64,000 nt of DNA. It comes from TPA_inf: Saccharomyces (lineage: Eukaryota). The notes beneath the pieces were generated by a model. It ran no database searches, was not told the DNA's origin, and saw only the letters and a list, made by a program, of their open reading frames with translations. Where the stretch lies: positions 224,001 to 288,000 of the forward strand of contig BK006946.2 in assembly GCA_000146045.2 (NCBI GenBank), given 5' to 3'. Position 1 is the first letter of the stretch; each line of letters starts with the position of its first letter. Positions 35,883 to 47,690 of the stretch are shown piece after piece. A program made the position numbers and the translations under genes.

Positions 35883-36220
35883 ATTAATTTTCATTTCAAT
35901 ATTTACTTATATCGGCGATAAGTCTTAAGCATGGAATTTATAGTCATTCTGTCACCCCTCCGAAACAGAAATGAATTTGTAAATGTATTCACTAAGTTTA
36001 GCCGTTTTAGACATTTGAATGTCGTTCGTCATCAGCGCGGCCAATATTGTTTACATGAAGAAAATGTTGTTAATATAGGCACTCTATTTGGTTTCATTAT
36101 GAGAAGTATCTTGCTGCTTGATGTCTTCGCACTTTTTTTTTCCAGATTTTTCAGGTGATGAGGTGGAGCTGGAGGATTTTACAATATTACTCAAATAATT
36201 TGTAGACAACGTTAGCGTGA

Positions 36221-37609
36221 ATGAGTGACGAAACCATGCCTGTAGAATTTTTAGTTAGTGATAAAAGACTGTTGAAAACCATAAAAGTTAAACTGGAAAC
36301 CAACGGCCTTTTTGTTACTCCTATCTATTCCGATAATGATAACAAAGTTATAAAATCTTCTATTGAGGATCTCAATCATCCATTGGCTGTCGAAATTAAC
36401 AATATAGCCGGTGTGAAGGCACGATTCCATGAAAGTGGTAACTTGGAACGTAGTGAAGGACATTTGAAACACCAAAGTAACAGCATTACGGAATTTACGA
36501 AGAGCTTTTTAAAAGATCATGGGCTTGCTAATGACAAGATATTTTTATCTCATTTATTAGATCATTTACCTCTAAAATATACAATATATCCACCAGTTGT
36601 ATTGTTCAATAATTCTACAGTGAGATCGTTTAATCACCCAATCTGGCAAAAAGCATTCCAACTGAAACTCTTCGATCCAAATGAGTATTATCGTGAGCTG
36701 CTATGTTTCCTTTCGCCCGGCAAACCAAGTAAAGGCACGAGTCTTCATCCTAACAATCGACTACTGACTCATCTGGCCATAAATAACCCTATCACAGAGG
36801 CAGATGTATTGCGAAGACCGTTCAATATCCAACCGCTTTATGGCAAATTGATTGATGACAGTATTTTGGATGATAACGATAATACGTTATGGGAAAATCC
36901 CAGTCAAGAACAACTAAACTCAAGCATATGGTGTAAGGTCATACAAAATGGTGTAACACAAATCTGGTCACCCGTTTTTACCATGTTTAGTAGAGGGAAT
37001 ATCAAGGAGAAGAAAAGAGTTTTGACTACTTTCCCAGATATTTGCAATAATGATGTGGTCGATTTATACGCAGGAATAGGTTACTTCACTTTTAGCTACT
37101 TAACAAAGGGCGCTAGGACACTTTTTGCATTTGAACTAAACCCTTGGAGTGTAGAAGGGTTAAAGCGCGGCTTAAAGGCAAACGGATTCAATAAATCTGG
37201 GAACTGCCACGTTTTCCAAGAATCAAATGAAATGTGCGTTCAAAGGCTTACTGAATTCTTATCTCAGAATCCCGGATTTCGGTTACGTATTAGGCATATT
37301 AATTTAGGTCTCCTGCCTTCAAGCAAACAAGGGTGGCCATTGGCCATCAAATTAATTTACTTACAAGGAGCTTCTTTGGAAAAAGTGACAATGCATATAC
37401 ATGAAAATGTACACATAGATGCAATTGAGGATGGAAGTTTCGAAAAGAATGTCATTGTAGAACTCGACGCTATTAATGAGTCAATTGCATTAATTAGAAA
37501 CCGTGGCATCAAACTTCAGTTTGTGAGATCTAAGCTTGAACGCATAAAAACTTTTGCACCAGATATTTGGCATGTATGCGTTGATGTCGACGTTATAGTA
37601 AGTACTTAA
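36221..37609 (+). CDS. TRM12: tRNA wybutosine synthesis enzyme TYW2 (SAM-dependent aminocarboxypropyl transferase), 462 aa
   Basis: Class I MTase-like core (DLYAGIGYFT) and synteny. Confidence 0.88.
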   Translation: MSDETMPVEFLVSDKRLLKTIKVKLETNGLFVTPIYSDNDNKVIKSSIEDLNHPLAVEINNIAGVKARFHESGNLERSEGHLKHQSNSITEFTKSFLKDHGLANDKIFLSHLLDHLPLKYTIYPPVVLFNNSTVRSFNHPIWQKAFQLKLFDPNEYYRELLCFLSPGKPSKGTSLHPNNRLLTHLAINNPITEADVLRRPFNIQPLYGKLIDDSILDDNDNTLWENPSQEQLNSSIWCKVIQNGVTQIWSPVFTMFSRGNIKEKKRVLTTFPDICNNDVVDLYAGIGYFTFSYLTKGARTLFAFELNPWSVEGLKRGLKANGFNKSGNCHVFQESNEMCVQRLTEFLSQNPGFRLRIRHINLGLLPSSKQGWPLAIKLIYLQGASLEKVTMHIHENVHIDAIEDGSFEKNVIVELDAINESIALIRNRGIKLQFVRSKLERIKTFAPDIWHVCVDVDVIVST

Positions 37610-37704
37610 ATACAAAATATAAATAATAATTAGTGTATGAAAAGTCAACAAGAATGGTCATTATTGTAAAAAAAAAATACTAACCTCCTATTCATTTCAA
37701 CTTT

Positions 37705-38685
37705 TTAGGCAATCAAACCATGAGGAACGACTTCAATGGAATAACCATCAGGATCCTTCAAAAAGGCAATATTCTTCATTCTGCCTTGGTTAAATTTAGG
37801 AGACCATTGGATCTTATCGCCGTATTTCACTTCAATTTCTTTACAAAGGGCGCCAGCGTCATCACAACTTATGCAGATGTGACCATAACCCTGGGGCTCT
37901 GAGTTACCGTTATGATAGTGGAAGTTTGGATCATTCTCAGTTCCCCAATTATGAGTTAACTCCAACACACTTTCACATGAAAAAACGCTGTCGGTCTTTG
38001 GAACGCCATAACCAAGAAAGTATAACGTAAATTTTGCACTTTCGTGCTCACTAGTTCTTAATAATTTCATGCCCAACACATTCTGGTAGAATTCTAAAGA
38101 CCGGGTTGGGTTTTTAATACGAATCATGGTATGATTGAACTTGTTACCTACTGAGCCCTTTGGGTATTCCTGACCCTCTCTAGAATATGTGATCAACTCA
38201 ATCCAGTATCCATCAGGGCCTAAAGCAAACGCAATGTCCTTCTGTCTTCCTTCAGAGAGTCTCTTCTTGAATTTGACACCCTGAGATTCTAGCTCTTCGC
38301 AGGTTTTATTGATATCGGATACAGAAAAACAGATGTGCCCAAATCCACGATGAGGTTCCTCATTCCCGTTGTTGATCTTGTAGTCTGGGTTTTTTTCAGT
38401 ACCCCAATTGTGAGTTAGTTCTAAGACACCGTGTGCGCTAAAAACATCAGGCTCTCCATTCTTATTTTTGGGTATGTCGTCTTTTGGAAAGCTTAAAAAG
38501 TACAAGCTAAATTTTGCTTCTTCAAAATCCTTTCTGCTTAATAGCTTCATACCGAAGTGTTCGGTGTAGAACTTAACGGTCCTTGCTGGATCCTTGACTC
38601 TTAAACATGTGTGATTAAGCAGAAGGGTTGGATCATTCGAGGCTTTCTCAATCTGAATTGGATAGCGTGTACTATCAGTGGACAT
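37705..38685 (-). CDS. GLO1: Glyoxalase I (lactoylglutathione lyase), monomeric two-domain form with internal duplication, 326 aa
   Basis: Two homologous halves, each with HxCxRV/K...ELTHNWGTE; ATG 14 codons inside the track ORF. Confidence 0.93.
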   Translation of the reverse strand: MSTDSTRYPIQIEKASNDPTLLLNHTCLRVKDPARTVKFYTEHFGMKLLSRKDFEEAKFSLYFLSFPKDDIPKNKNGEPDVFSAHGVLELTHNWGTEKNPDYKINNGNEEPHRGFGHICFSVSDINKTCEELESQGVKFKKRLSEGRQKDIAFALGPDGYWIELITYSREGQEYPKGSVGNKFNHTMIRIKNPTRSLEFYQNVLGMKLLRTSEHESAKFTLYFLGYGVPKTDSVFSCESVLELTHNWGTENDPNFHYHNGNSEPQGYGHICISCDDAGALCKEIEVKYGDKIQWSPKFNQGRMKNIAFLKDPDGYSIEVVPHGLIA

Positions 38686-39103
38686 TGTTAGTTTGTAGCT
38701 GGTGGCGTATCTGGTCTGAAGTGTCAAAAAAAAGGCATGGAAATGTTATTCCGATTTTTTTTCTCCCTATTTATAAACGTCACTAACTAGAAATACGGGA
38801 TATCAACTACTACGAGAGAGGGACATTCTAGTATCAAAGAAACTTACTATGACGCAGTTTAGGATCCCTGTGGTGACTACGTATCCAGGTCTACTACTCC
38901 ATCGTAAAGCCCCTTGTTTATTCAGTGTCCAGATCATATGCGGGATGTGTATTTTGTGCTGAGTGGAAAAATAAGATCATATGCTCAAGAATAAAGGGTT
39001 AAAGGGTATGGAAATTTCAGTTCTCCCTGGCTCAAGAACATTGTCAGTATTCCTATAACTGAAGCTGAGTGGTACTAATGCACCGAGATGCAAAGTCCGA
39101 ACC

Positions 39104-39118
39104 ACCCCCACCCCCCTC
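39104..39118. promoter_or_regulatory. C-rich tract containing STRE core CCCCT in the divergent GLO1 / YML003W promoter
   Basis: accacccccacccccctctt read directly; Msn2/4 STRE consensus AGGGG/CCCCT. Confidence 0.45.
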
Positions 39119-39482
39119 TTTACCTATTTTTTATATTTTGTGATAAAGGGATAACTCGTCTTGCCTTCACTGCGCTTCGATTCTACTTTAGCTAAACTAA
39201 GCGTTACTTTGTTTGAGAATCTCTCAGCCGTTAAATCAACGTACTTGTATACTAAACAGTATATTCACGTGATAACTTTGCCTTACACCTATGATATAGA
39301 TAAATATATACATATATATGAGTGTGTGTGCATTGCGTCACTAAACTATGTTTAATATGACAGAAGGTTTTCGTTTAATTTTGCCGCTACCCGAAAATTT
39401 TGGCAGTTGCAATTTATAACTAAAGGAACCACCTTATTGTAAATTCCTCAACGGAAAAGCTATGGCTTAGCTAGGGTTGACA

Positions 39483-42400
39483 ATGTCAGTTTACCATTTA
39501 CCAACGCTGTTGAACCCGCTGGTTAATGCTATATTTAACTGTCCCGAACCAGAAAGATCCCCATTGAAAAAGCTTTTCGCTAATTTAAAAACCCGTAGGT
39601 TTATCCTCCTAGCACCTCCTTCAGAATACCTTTTGAATTACCACGATGTCAAGAGCAAACTGCCGTTACATGACCTCTGTTATAATGCAGAGTTTATTAA
39701 CTCTTACATATTGTTAATGACTGAAAACTCTTACATAAATACGAATTCAAGGGACAGTCATTATGAAACGTTAGATGGTAAGACCGTTGTTATTCAATGG
39801 AAGAATAATGTGATCCATGCCTTAAATGGATTTCATATAAGGCGAAGACTAAAGATTCTAGAGACAAAAATATTACCCAATTTTAATGACTACTTTGAAG
39901 GGGCGGCTGATTTTATCATACTATTCATAGATCAACCTTTAAATTGCGAATTTGTACCTAACGACTACTTACAGTGTTTTCACAATTATGAGAAAATACC
40001 AAAAAATGCACATGCTATGCCAAATCTGTCGATAGATTCTTTTCAGCAAGAAAGATCGTCATTCGAGAATATATTGCACATTCATCCTGCTCGATTAACA
40101 CAGCTTGGCCAATTGTTTTCGAGTTACAGAACGCTCGCTCCTGGTGATGATCCATCTAGAAGTATTTTTGAAAGCATCGTGCAACAAGCATTTGATGGAA
40201 TGAAATCGGATTCACTTTTCAAGAACTTTTCTAATCTTTACGATCTTATACACGACTATTTTGAACTAAATCTTTACGATGATATATGGTCTAGGCTTAC
40301 TACACATTTCAAAGGCCACGAAGTAGACACTGAAAAAATAAATATTTTTCAGTGAACCAGTTGTTGACAGATTTTTACTCAAAAGATTATGGGGAATTTA
40401 AATTACACGACATCACTCTTATTGAAAGGCGTCTCCATCTAGCGTCCAAACATCTTCAAAAGTTGGCTTTGACCCATTCATACGCTGAAAAATCTAAAAT
40501 ATTAGTTGAAACTCTACAGAAATTATCAGGTACTACCGAAATGGATTCACATCAACTAGAACTACCAGACGGATTGAATAACATGACGATGGATGCAGAC
40601 ACTTTAATTAGCCTTTTTGTGCTCGTTGTTTGCAGAAGTGAACAAAAGCACCTTAAAAGTCATCTTTACTATTTGCAAAATTTTTCGAATAACTCTTCTT
40701 CTACAAAATTCGGCATTCTAGGGTATGCTGTATCCACACTGGAAGCAGTGGTTTGTTATTTCGAAGACTTCAACAAAAATACAGGCAACGTGGCGAAAGC
40801 TAACACATTATGTGAAAAAACTAAGAATTTATTAGATAAGTTGTCATGTGAAAACCCCACAAATGAAGTAGAAGATCTGGCAACATACAAGGATATTTTG
40901 ACCTACAGAAATGAGCAAGGACAATCCATTCTATCCATATGTATAACAAATCATAAAAACTACATCTTATTAGATATTCTTTCTGAATATGAAAACGACT
41001 TTCCAGTAGAAGACCTTTTAGAGGACGAAACGATTGATGGTTCTACGCTGCTTATAGAATCGATAAAAGCAGGAAATTTAGAAGCCGCGAAAGTTCTCAT
41101 AAAGATCATGCTGTTCAATTGTACTGAAGAGGAGCTGGTTTCTTATATCAATAAAACAGATAAATATGCACGTACCGTGGCTCATTATCTAACCCATGAA
41201 ATGGATATACTTAAAAGCATCGGAAATTATATTGATTGGAAACGAAAAAATTCCAGTGGACAAACGCCTTTATTTTCCATCTTTAGAAGTTATGATCAAC
41301 CAAATTATGAAGAAATGGTGAAGACCGCATTTGATATCGCAAATACTTGGTATAGAAAGCACAACAGTTTGTTTGACTATCTAGACCACACCGATAATAA
41401 GGGCAATAGCTTGTTGCATGTTTTGAAAACAAACATTCCAATCCTTTTACAACTGACTAAGCTAGATATTAATGAGGAAAATTATAAGGGATTGACGCCA
41501 TTAATGGTATATGTGAAGTACAAAAGACTAAGTAATATTGACGCCATCACGAAAGACCGTCGACTTATATTAGAGAAGGTTCAAAACTCGACCTTCTTCA
41601 CTTGTTTTGATTATGCAAAAGATCACTCGGTACTAAGCAAGATAGGAGAAAGGGGTGTCAAAGATTCACTTTTTGGATTAATATATTTTCATTCTTTGCG
41701 ATATCATAATTTAAATGCGACAACAAATATAACATCCGTTTCAAATGCAGAGAAACCTTTCGCCACTACTGTTATTAACATGAAAACAATTCAAGGCTTA
41801 CTACGCTCAATTCTGAAAGACAATCCGTTCACCTTTTTGCCATTAAATACCTATATCGATGAAATATCGCACTTAAACCGTTCTGATTTAACAATAATCG
41901 GGAAAACAGATGTCACATCGTTACTTCACCAATTAACTAACTGCTTCAACGTTCTTTTATTCCTGAAAAAAATTCCAGAAAATTTGTTCACTGATGAGGC
42001 TTCTATCTTATATTGGATGCGCATAAACACTTCTAAAAGAAACCAGAAACCCTCAGGAAAAGAAAATCCAAAAACAATGGAACCCGAGGAGATTAATATG
42101 ATACAAAGCTTTTTACGTTTTAATTTTGATGAGATTTCATCATTTAAGGCAAGCTTGAATATTTTGAGGAAAGTCTTAATATTTATTAATTTGAAATCCG
42201 ATGATTTCGAGGATGCTTATAAGGGTCTTAACGAAATGGGTAGAAAATTAATTAATAGTGAAGCATCCAGCGCATTTAAGGGGATTATAACAAATCATAA
42301 TATGTTCAGTGAATTATCGCTAGCAGCACTACTAGAAAACGTGCGTTTCTTGGAACAATGTACTATCCAACTATCTAGTTTCGTTCAGATAATTTTATTT

Positions 42401-42754
42401 GAAAAAATTCCGAACTGGTGGAAACATTATGGTGAGTTTTTAGCTTTACATAAAAGCTATCGGAAGGCTTTTCCTAACATGGTTAAGCCAAAAAGTGCAT
42501 CAGATACCTCTAGTCGTGCTCCACTTGGTGGTTTTATTGAAACGAAGCGTGAACAATCGGAGCAAAGACTAGCGGTTCAGATAAAGGCCTCTTCAAAAAT
42601 GCTCAAAGAACTTGGAAGCGAAATTTTTGTAGCTCACGAAAGGTTGGCCGAGGAACTAAGCAATTATATGGAGTTCAGGAAGGCGTGCTTAGATCAGCGT
42701 AGTCTTGTGGCATTTGCCACAACCAACATTAGCGTTCTTCAAGAATGTGTTTAA
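39483..42754 (+). pseudogene. VRL1: VPS9-domain Rab5-family GEF gene VRL1, disrupted by a -1 frameshift: 5' fragment 39483..40355 (290 aa, YML003W) and 3' fragment in the -1 frame, open from 40334, annotated ATG 40541..42754 (737 aa, YML002W)
   Basis: Two same-strand ORFs in frames 0 and +2 overlap only over 40334-40352, inside A6/T5 homopolymer runs. Reading through with one extra A gives continuous ...VDTEKNKYFSVNQLLTDF... and a VPS9 catalytic helix (MDADTLISLFVLVV...) just downstream. Confidence 0.8.
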
Positions 42755-43173
42755 GATTGACTGAGCATTGCAATATTTTACCTTCTTCTCACTTGTTCTA
42801 TAGAATTTTTTACCCAAAAATAAGAGATAAAGAGTTTGAAAGAAACATCATTACATATATATATATATACGGGCAGCTCCGTAACTCGAAAAGAGTGACA
42901 GCTGTTTTACTCTGTAATAGCTGACGATTCTTCAGTGATTGGAATAACCTCAGAACTCACCGGTACGGGTAACGTTTGTATCTCGCGGATTAACTTTTCG
43001 CATTTCGACCTACTGAGAGAAGAAGTTCCTTTTGTTAATCTGTACCTTTATCTTGAAAGCAGTCGTTACAGAGGAACAGCATTGGGAATCACCAACAAAA
43101 TAAGAGGAATAAGCTCATCCAGTCCACTTCTTATCCATATAGAAACCCCTTCTGTATCAATTCAAATTAAGTG

Positions 43174-43800
43174 ATGTCTTCTAGAAAAAAAAATATTTTG
43201 AAAGTAATCATCCTAGGTGACTCTGGTGTTGGGAAGACCTCCTTGATGCACCGTTATGTCAATGATAAGTATTCTCAACAGTATAAAGCAACAATTGGGG
43301 CTGACTTTTTAACAAAAGAGGTGACAGTTGACGGTGATAAAGTTGCCACCATGCAAGTTTGGGATACTGCTGGACAGGAACGTTTCCAATCACTGGGTGT
43401 TGCTTTCTATAGAGGTGCAGATTGTTGCGTTTTGGTCTACGATGTGACCAATGCCAGTTCCTTTGAGAATATTAAGTCTTGGCGAGATGAATTTCTAGTG
43501 CATGCGAACGTAAACTCACCAGAAACATTTCCATTTGTTATACTGGGAAATAAAATTGATGCCGAAGAATCTAAAAAAATTGTATCAGAAAAGTCCGCTC
43601 AGGAGCTTGCTAAATCATTAGGCGATATTCCTTTGTTTTTAACAAGTGCCAAAAACGCCATAAACGTTGATACCGCATTTGAAGAAATTGCAAGGAGTGC
43701 TTTACAACAGAATCAAGCTGATACAGAAGCCTTTGAAGATGACTATAATGATGCCATCAATATTCGCCTAGATGGAGAAAATAATTCTTGTAGCTGTTGA
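43174..43800 (+). CDS. YPT7: Rab7-family GTPase, 208 aa, C-terminal CSC prenylation motif
   Basis: P-loop [21 protein letters not shown]-terminal ...SCSC. Confidence 0.95.
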   Translation: MSSRKKNILKVIILGDSGVGKTSLMHRYVNDKYSQQYKATIGADFLTKEVTVDGDKVATMQVWDTAGQERFQSLGVAFYRGADCCVLVYDVTNASSFENIKSWRDEFLVHANVNSPETFPFVILGNKIDAEESKKIVSEKSAQELAKSLGDIPLFLTSAKNAINVDTAFEEIARSALQQNQADTEAFEDDYNDAINIRLDGENNSCSC

Positions 43801-44030
43801 GCTGTACTACTTAATTGTATCTTCTATTATGTAATCCTTTATAGCGTATCCTTAAAAAAATTAATAATTTAAAACTACTAAATATATTTAGGGATGTGAT
43901 GGCCCTTTCAATATGAGGCTTTCGATTACCATGTGCAATCTGTCTATGAACCTTAGTTAATTAACACAACTGTTAAATAAAGCGATTTACTACACTTGAG
44001 ATAATATAACTCAACAAAACGTGACAAAAA

Positions 44031-44150
44031 ATCACATGACTACCTAACAAAATATTTATTTTTCTTTTTTAATATTTGAAAATACTAAAATATTTTTGTT
44101 GTTTTTTGAAAAAAGGATTTTTAATGTGTATGCGTTCCGAACTTTAAATA
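44031..44150 (+). other. CEN13: Point centromere CEN13: CDEI ATCACATG (44031-44038), CDEII 86 bp >90% A+T (44039-44124), CDEIII TGTGTATGCGTTCCGAACTTTAAATA (44125-44150)
   Basis: CDEI matches RTCACRTG; CDEIII has the invariant CCGAA core flanked by TGT..TG and A-rich 3' side; CDEII length within the 78-86 bp norm. Confidence 0.9.
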
Positions 44151-45018
44151 TAACGTCAGCGTAAAAATAATTTTTCTCCGAATGTATATCGAAATCTCAA
44201 ATTGCTCTTAGAGATTTAGATTTCAACGACAGGATAAATTGGCTAGAGTTGAAAAAACTGCACAGAGTATATAAAAGATCTTGCAATGGATGATTAAAAT
44301 TTACGGTATTTCATTTTTCCAATGAATGGCTTTTCTAAGAGAAATTAATTTCGCAATTTGTTGATGAGAAGTTCTGGCTACCTTAGTCACTATTTATTTT
44401 ACTATGGCGGTATAAGTTTCTCCCGCCTTGAAAAAAGGAATACAGTAATAAAATGAATATAAATCAGGATTTTTTGGATTTTAACTAGGTAACAAAGAAT
44501 TAGCAAATAACTGCCCATAATAGTATTCTTAAGTTTGTAGATACATGTCAAGTAAGCCAGCTTTTGATAAAACTTAAAAATTGGTAAACCGCGGATGTAC
44601 CAAGTGAATAGCTTTCAAAATTAATGTTGTCACTCTTCCAATGGGCACCTGTAAGAATAATTAAAAAGAAATCTAGGTTCAAAACAATATTTTTGAGAAA
44701 ATCTCAGGAAGCGACAGGTTATCATCCCATACATACAATATGAATACAAAAGCATGGCAATTTTGAATAGATATAGCTCTAGAACCGCTCAGGCGAAAAA
44801 AAACGCTATATGAGAACTATTGAAAAGGAAGAACTAACATGAAAGATGTTTGTTCATTTCGTACCTTTAGAAAAAGGGTATTAATGCTAGGGGTAAATAT
44901 TATATATTATCTTCGTTAAGGGCAAGACCATTTATTTTATTTAGTATTAGTTATTAATGGGGCCCAATCAATGGACTGGTAATTTCGTATTCGTATTTCT
45001 TTCTACTTTAATATTGGT

Positions 45019-47136
45019 TTAATCTACGGTAACAATTGTGGACTTCTGCTTCAAACCTTCCTTTATCAAAGTTAGTTTCTCTCTAAAGTTACTTTCTGGA
45101 TATCCTGGGATCTCGCCATATTTTAGTACTTCAACTAAGGGATATGTGGTGCTTTCATGGGAGGGAGAAATGTAGGTCACCAATTTACCTCCGTCGGATA
45201 TTGCCATTTTATGATGATCTTTGAAATTGAACTGGAAAGTACCATCACTTAGTTCAAACATAACAAATGGTTTATACCTTGTGTATCTTCTCAAAAATAC
45301 ATCATCTTTATGATATTCTTCTCTGCCAAACGTAGATACTCGGCTCAAATTTGCCTTCATGTACTTGGCAAAAAAATCAACTACTTCTAAATGTCTACTT
45401 AGCTCTCGTGGTTTTTCGCTCAATAAATAATGACTTGCTACCCAACCTTCCCGATCGTCATAACTAATATACCAAAACTCTTCTGCATCTGCCAATCGGA
45501 GAACTGTGGTGCCATTATTAAATAAGACACCAATATCCTCTGTTGATAACTGATAGGAGAATCCGTGTTTGTTGGAGTAGTCGACCCACTTGGTAACTAT
45601 CATTGGGTGTTTAATTTTAGGCAATCTTGATTTCGGAAGACCTCCCATTTTATACTGAGCTTCTGCTTCTACAATGCCATTCAAAGTAAGATGACACTCA
45701 CTGGCTAATATTCTCAAGGAGATTTCTGATTTAATGACATTGGTCGATGTAGCTATTAATTCTTTTCTCAAAACGGCCTGTTGTGCTCTACGTATCCTTG
45801 CTTCACGAGCCAAATCGTTTAATCTTCTTTGTGCCTCTATATCAACAACCTCCTTATATTTCTGTTTCGTCCCGCCAGGGGATAAAGAATGTGGTAAAAA
45901 TGGTCTGTTTTGGTGGTACTCTTCTAGTTTATCGATACTAGATTTAATTGAAGAAATATAATCCCTCTTTTGACGCTGAATTTTATCGCTGCTCATGCTT
46001 TCTAATAGTAGAGATTTTTCCATGCAATCTTTGAAGTTAACCAGTGACTGCTCTTCAGGAATATCCTCAAAATTTGGTGCTTCTGACATGACCGTCGAAG
46101 GAATAGATGGTGGGAAAGTTCCCCTAAACCATACATAATCCATAATTTCAGTCAAAGAGGGCCTTTCTATTGGATCTAAGGATAGAATGTCTCTTATTAA
46201 AATCTTACCTTCATCTGAGATTGGTTTATCTCTTGGAAACGAAAAATCACGACATTTGATTCTTTCATAAATAGTGTTTACATCTCTTGCTTGGAAGGGT
46301 GGCTTACCAATCAACAAAGCATAAAGCATAACACCTAATGACCAAATATCTACTTCAAATGAATGTCCAGAATGCTTACCCATCAACACTTCAGGTGCGA
46401 TGTAATTAGGTGTTCCGCATATGGTGTATTTACGTTCACTTTCATTCGCCAACACAGCTGCCAGACCGAAGTCACCAATCTTTAAGTTATAGTTTGAATC
46501 GAAGAAGATGTTACCAAGTTTTAAATCTCTATGTATAACTCTTCTTGAATGCATATACTTAATTGCACCACATATTTGAGTGGTGAAAAATCTAACTTCT
46601 GGTTCTGTTAAAACTTTTCTTCTTTTTAGTAATTCCATTAATGAACCGTTGGGGCATATCTCCAATAAGATATAGACATTGCTATCATCCTCAAAACAAT
46701 CAATAAACTGAACGATATTTGGATGGGACATACTTTTATGAATTTGAATCTCCGACAACAACTTTTTTCTTGTCTTCTCTGATTTAATTGAGGCTTTAGC
46801 AACTGTTTTGGCAGCAAAAATTTCGCCTGAATCGTCCTTAATTTGGAAACAGCGAGCAAATCCACCTTCACCTAAAAAATGACCTCGGTGATAGTCTTTT
46901 CCTCTTGTTTTGATTAATGAAGGTGGTGTTTTACACAAAGCTGATAACTTTTCCCTTTTCTTTTTTTGAGCTGGCTGGTGGTGATGATCATTATTCGGAT
47001 CTAGTCTCTTTGTTTGTTTAAAGTGATTTTCTTTTCCTACGAGGTCTGCGGTATTTCCCTTTATTGGGGTGTGAACTAACTTGGAACGGGTATTCAATTG
47101 CTTATCATTGATAGCTTTAAGAGGACCCAACGACAT
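45019..47136 (-). CDS. CDC5: Polo-like kinase (N-terminal Ser/Thr kinase domain, two C-terminal polo boxes), 705 aa
   Basis: Kinase motifs GEGGFARCF, HRDLKLGN, DFGLA; polo-box region WVDYSNKHGF / FQFNFKDHHK. Confidence 0.95.
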   Translation of the reverse strand: MSLGPLKAINDKQLNTRSKLVHTPIKGNTADLVGKENHFKQTKRLDPNNDHHHQPAQKKKREKLSALCKTPPSLIKTRGKDYHRGHFLGEGGFARCFQIKDDSGEIFAAKTVAKASIKSEKTRKKLLSEIQIHKSMSHPNIVQFIDCFEDDSNVYILLEICPNGSLMELLKRRKVLTEPEVRFFTTQICGAIKYMHSRRVIHRDLKLGNIFFDSNYNLKIGDFGLAAVLANESERKYTICGTPNYIAPEVLMGKHSGHSFEVDIWSLGVMLYALLIGKPPFQARDVNTIYERIKCRDFSFPRDKPISDEGKILIRDILSLDPIERPSLTEIMDYVWFRGTFPPSIPSTVMSEAPNFEDIPEEQSLVNFKDCMEKSLLLESMSSDKIQRQKRDYISSIKSSIDKLEEYHQNRPFLPHSLSPGGTKQKYKEVVDIEAQRRLNDLAREARIRRAQQAVLRKELIATSTNVIKSEISLRILASECHLTLNGIVEAEAQYKMGGLPKSRLPKIKHPMIVTKWVDYSNKHGFSYQLSTEDIGVLFNNGTTVLRLADAEEFWYISYDDREGWVASHYLLSEKPRELSRHLEVVDFFAKYMKANLSRVSTFGREEYHKDDVFLRRYTRYKPFVMFELSDGTFQFNFKDHHKMAISDGGKLVTYISPSHESTTYPLVEVLKYGEIPGYPESNFREKLTLIKEGLKQKSTIVTVD

Positions 47137-47690
47137 CTTTATTCGACTTGATCTTACTCTGTTCTTTCTTCTCCACGGCTGTGATTTTTATTCTCTATGA
47201 ATAACAAATGTAACGTTTATCGATGAATGAAAGAGAGTATATATAGAGAAGATATAAGAAAGCCAATGTTTTTGTGTACAAAAAATAATACTCAGCTCAA
47301 TTATACAAACTTGACTATGCAGTTTAGCTTTTTTGTCTTTTCTTTTTTAAGTTTTCTTGAAAGTTAATGTAGTATATGCCACAAAATTGAAGGATGAAAA
47401 AATAGGAAAAAAAGCAGAATCAGAATTTGACACAAAAGGCTTATTGTTCTTTGAAACTGCCGCTTGAATTGGATTTACTTTCTCAGTGATTCTATATGTA
47501 TTGTACGAAAGTTGAGTAGCACAAGAGTAACTGTTCAAGATATGCCTTGTTTCAAAGGATGTACATTCAAAGATCATCCCAGGTCCTCGAGATATTTATT
47601 CGTTCTATATTTTGGATTTTCTTTATTGGGTTTGTTTTGTTTTGACCCTTTTAGGTAATATCTTTTGACAGAGAAAAGTCCAAAAGTTCT

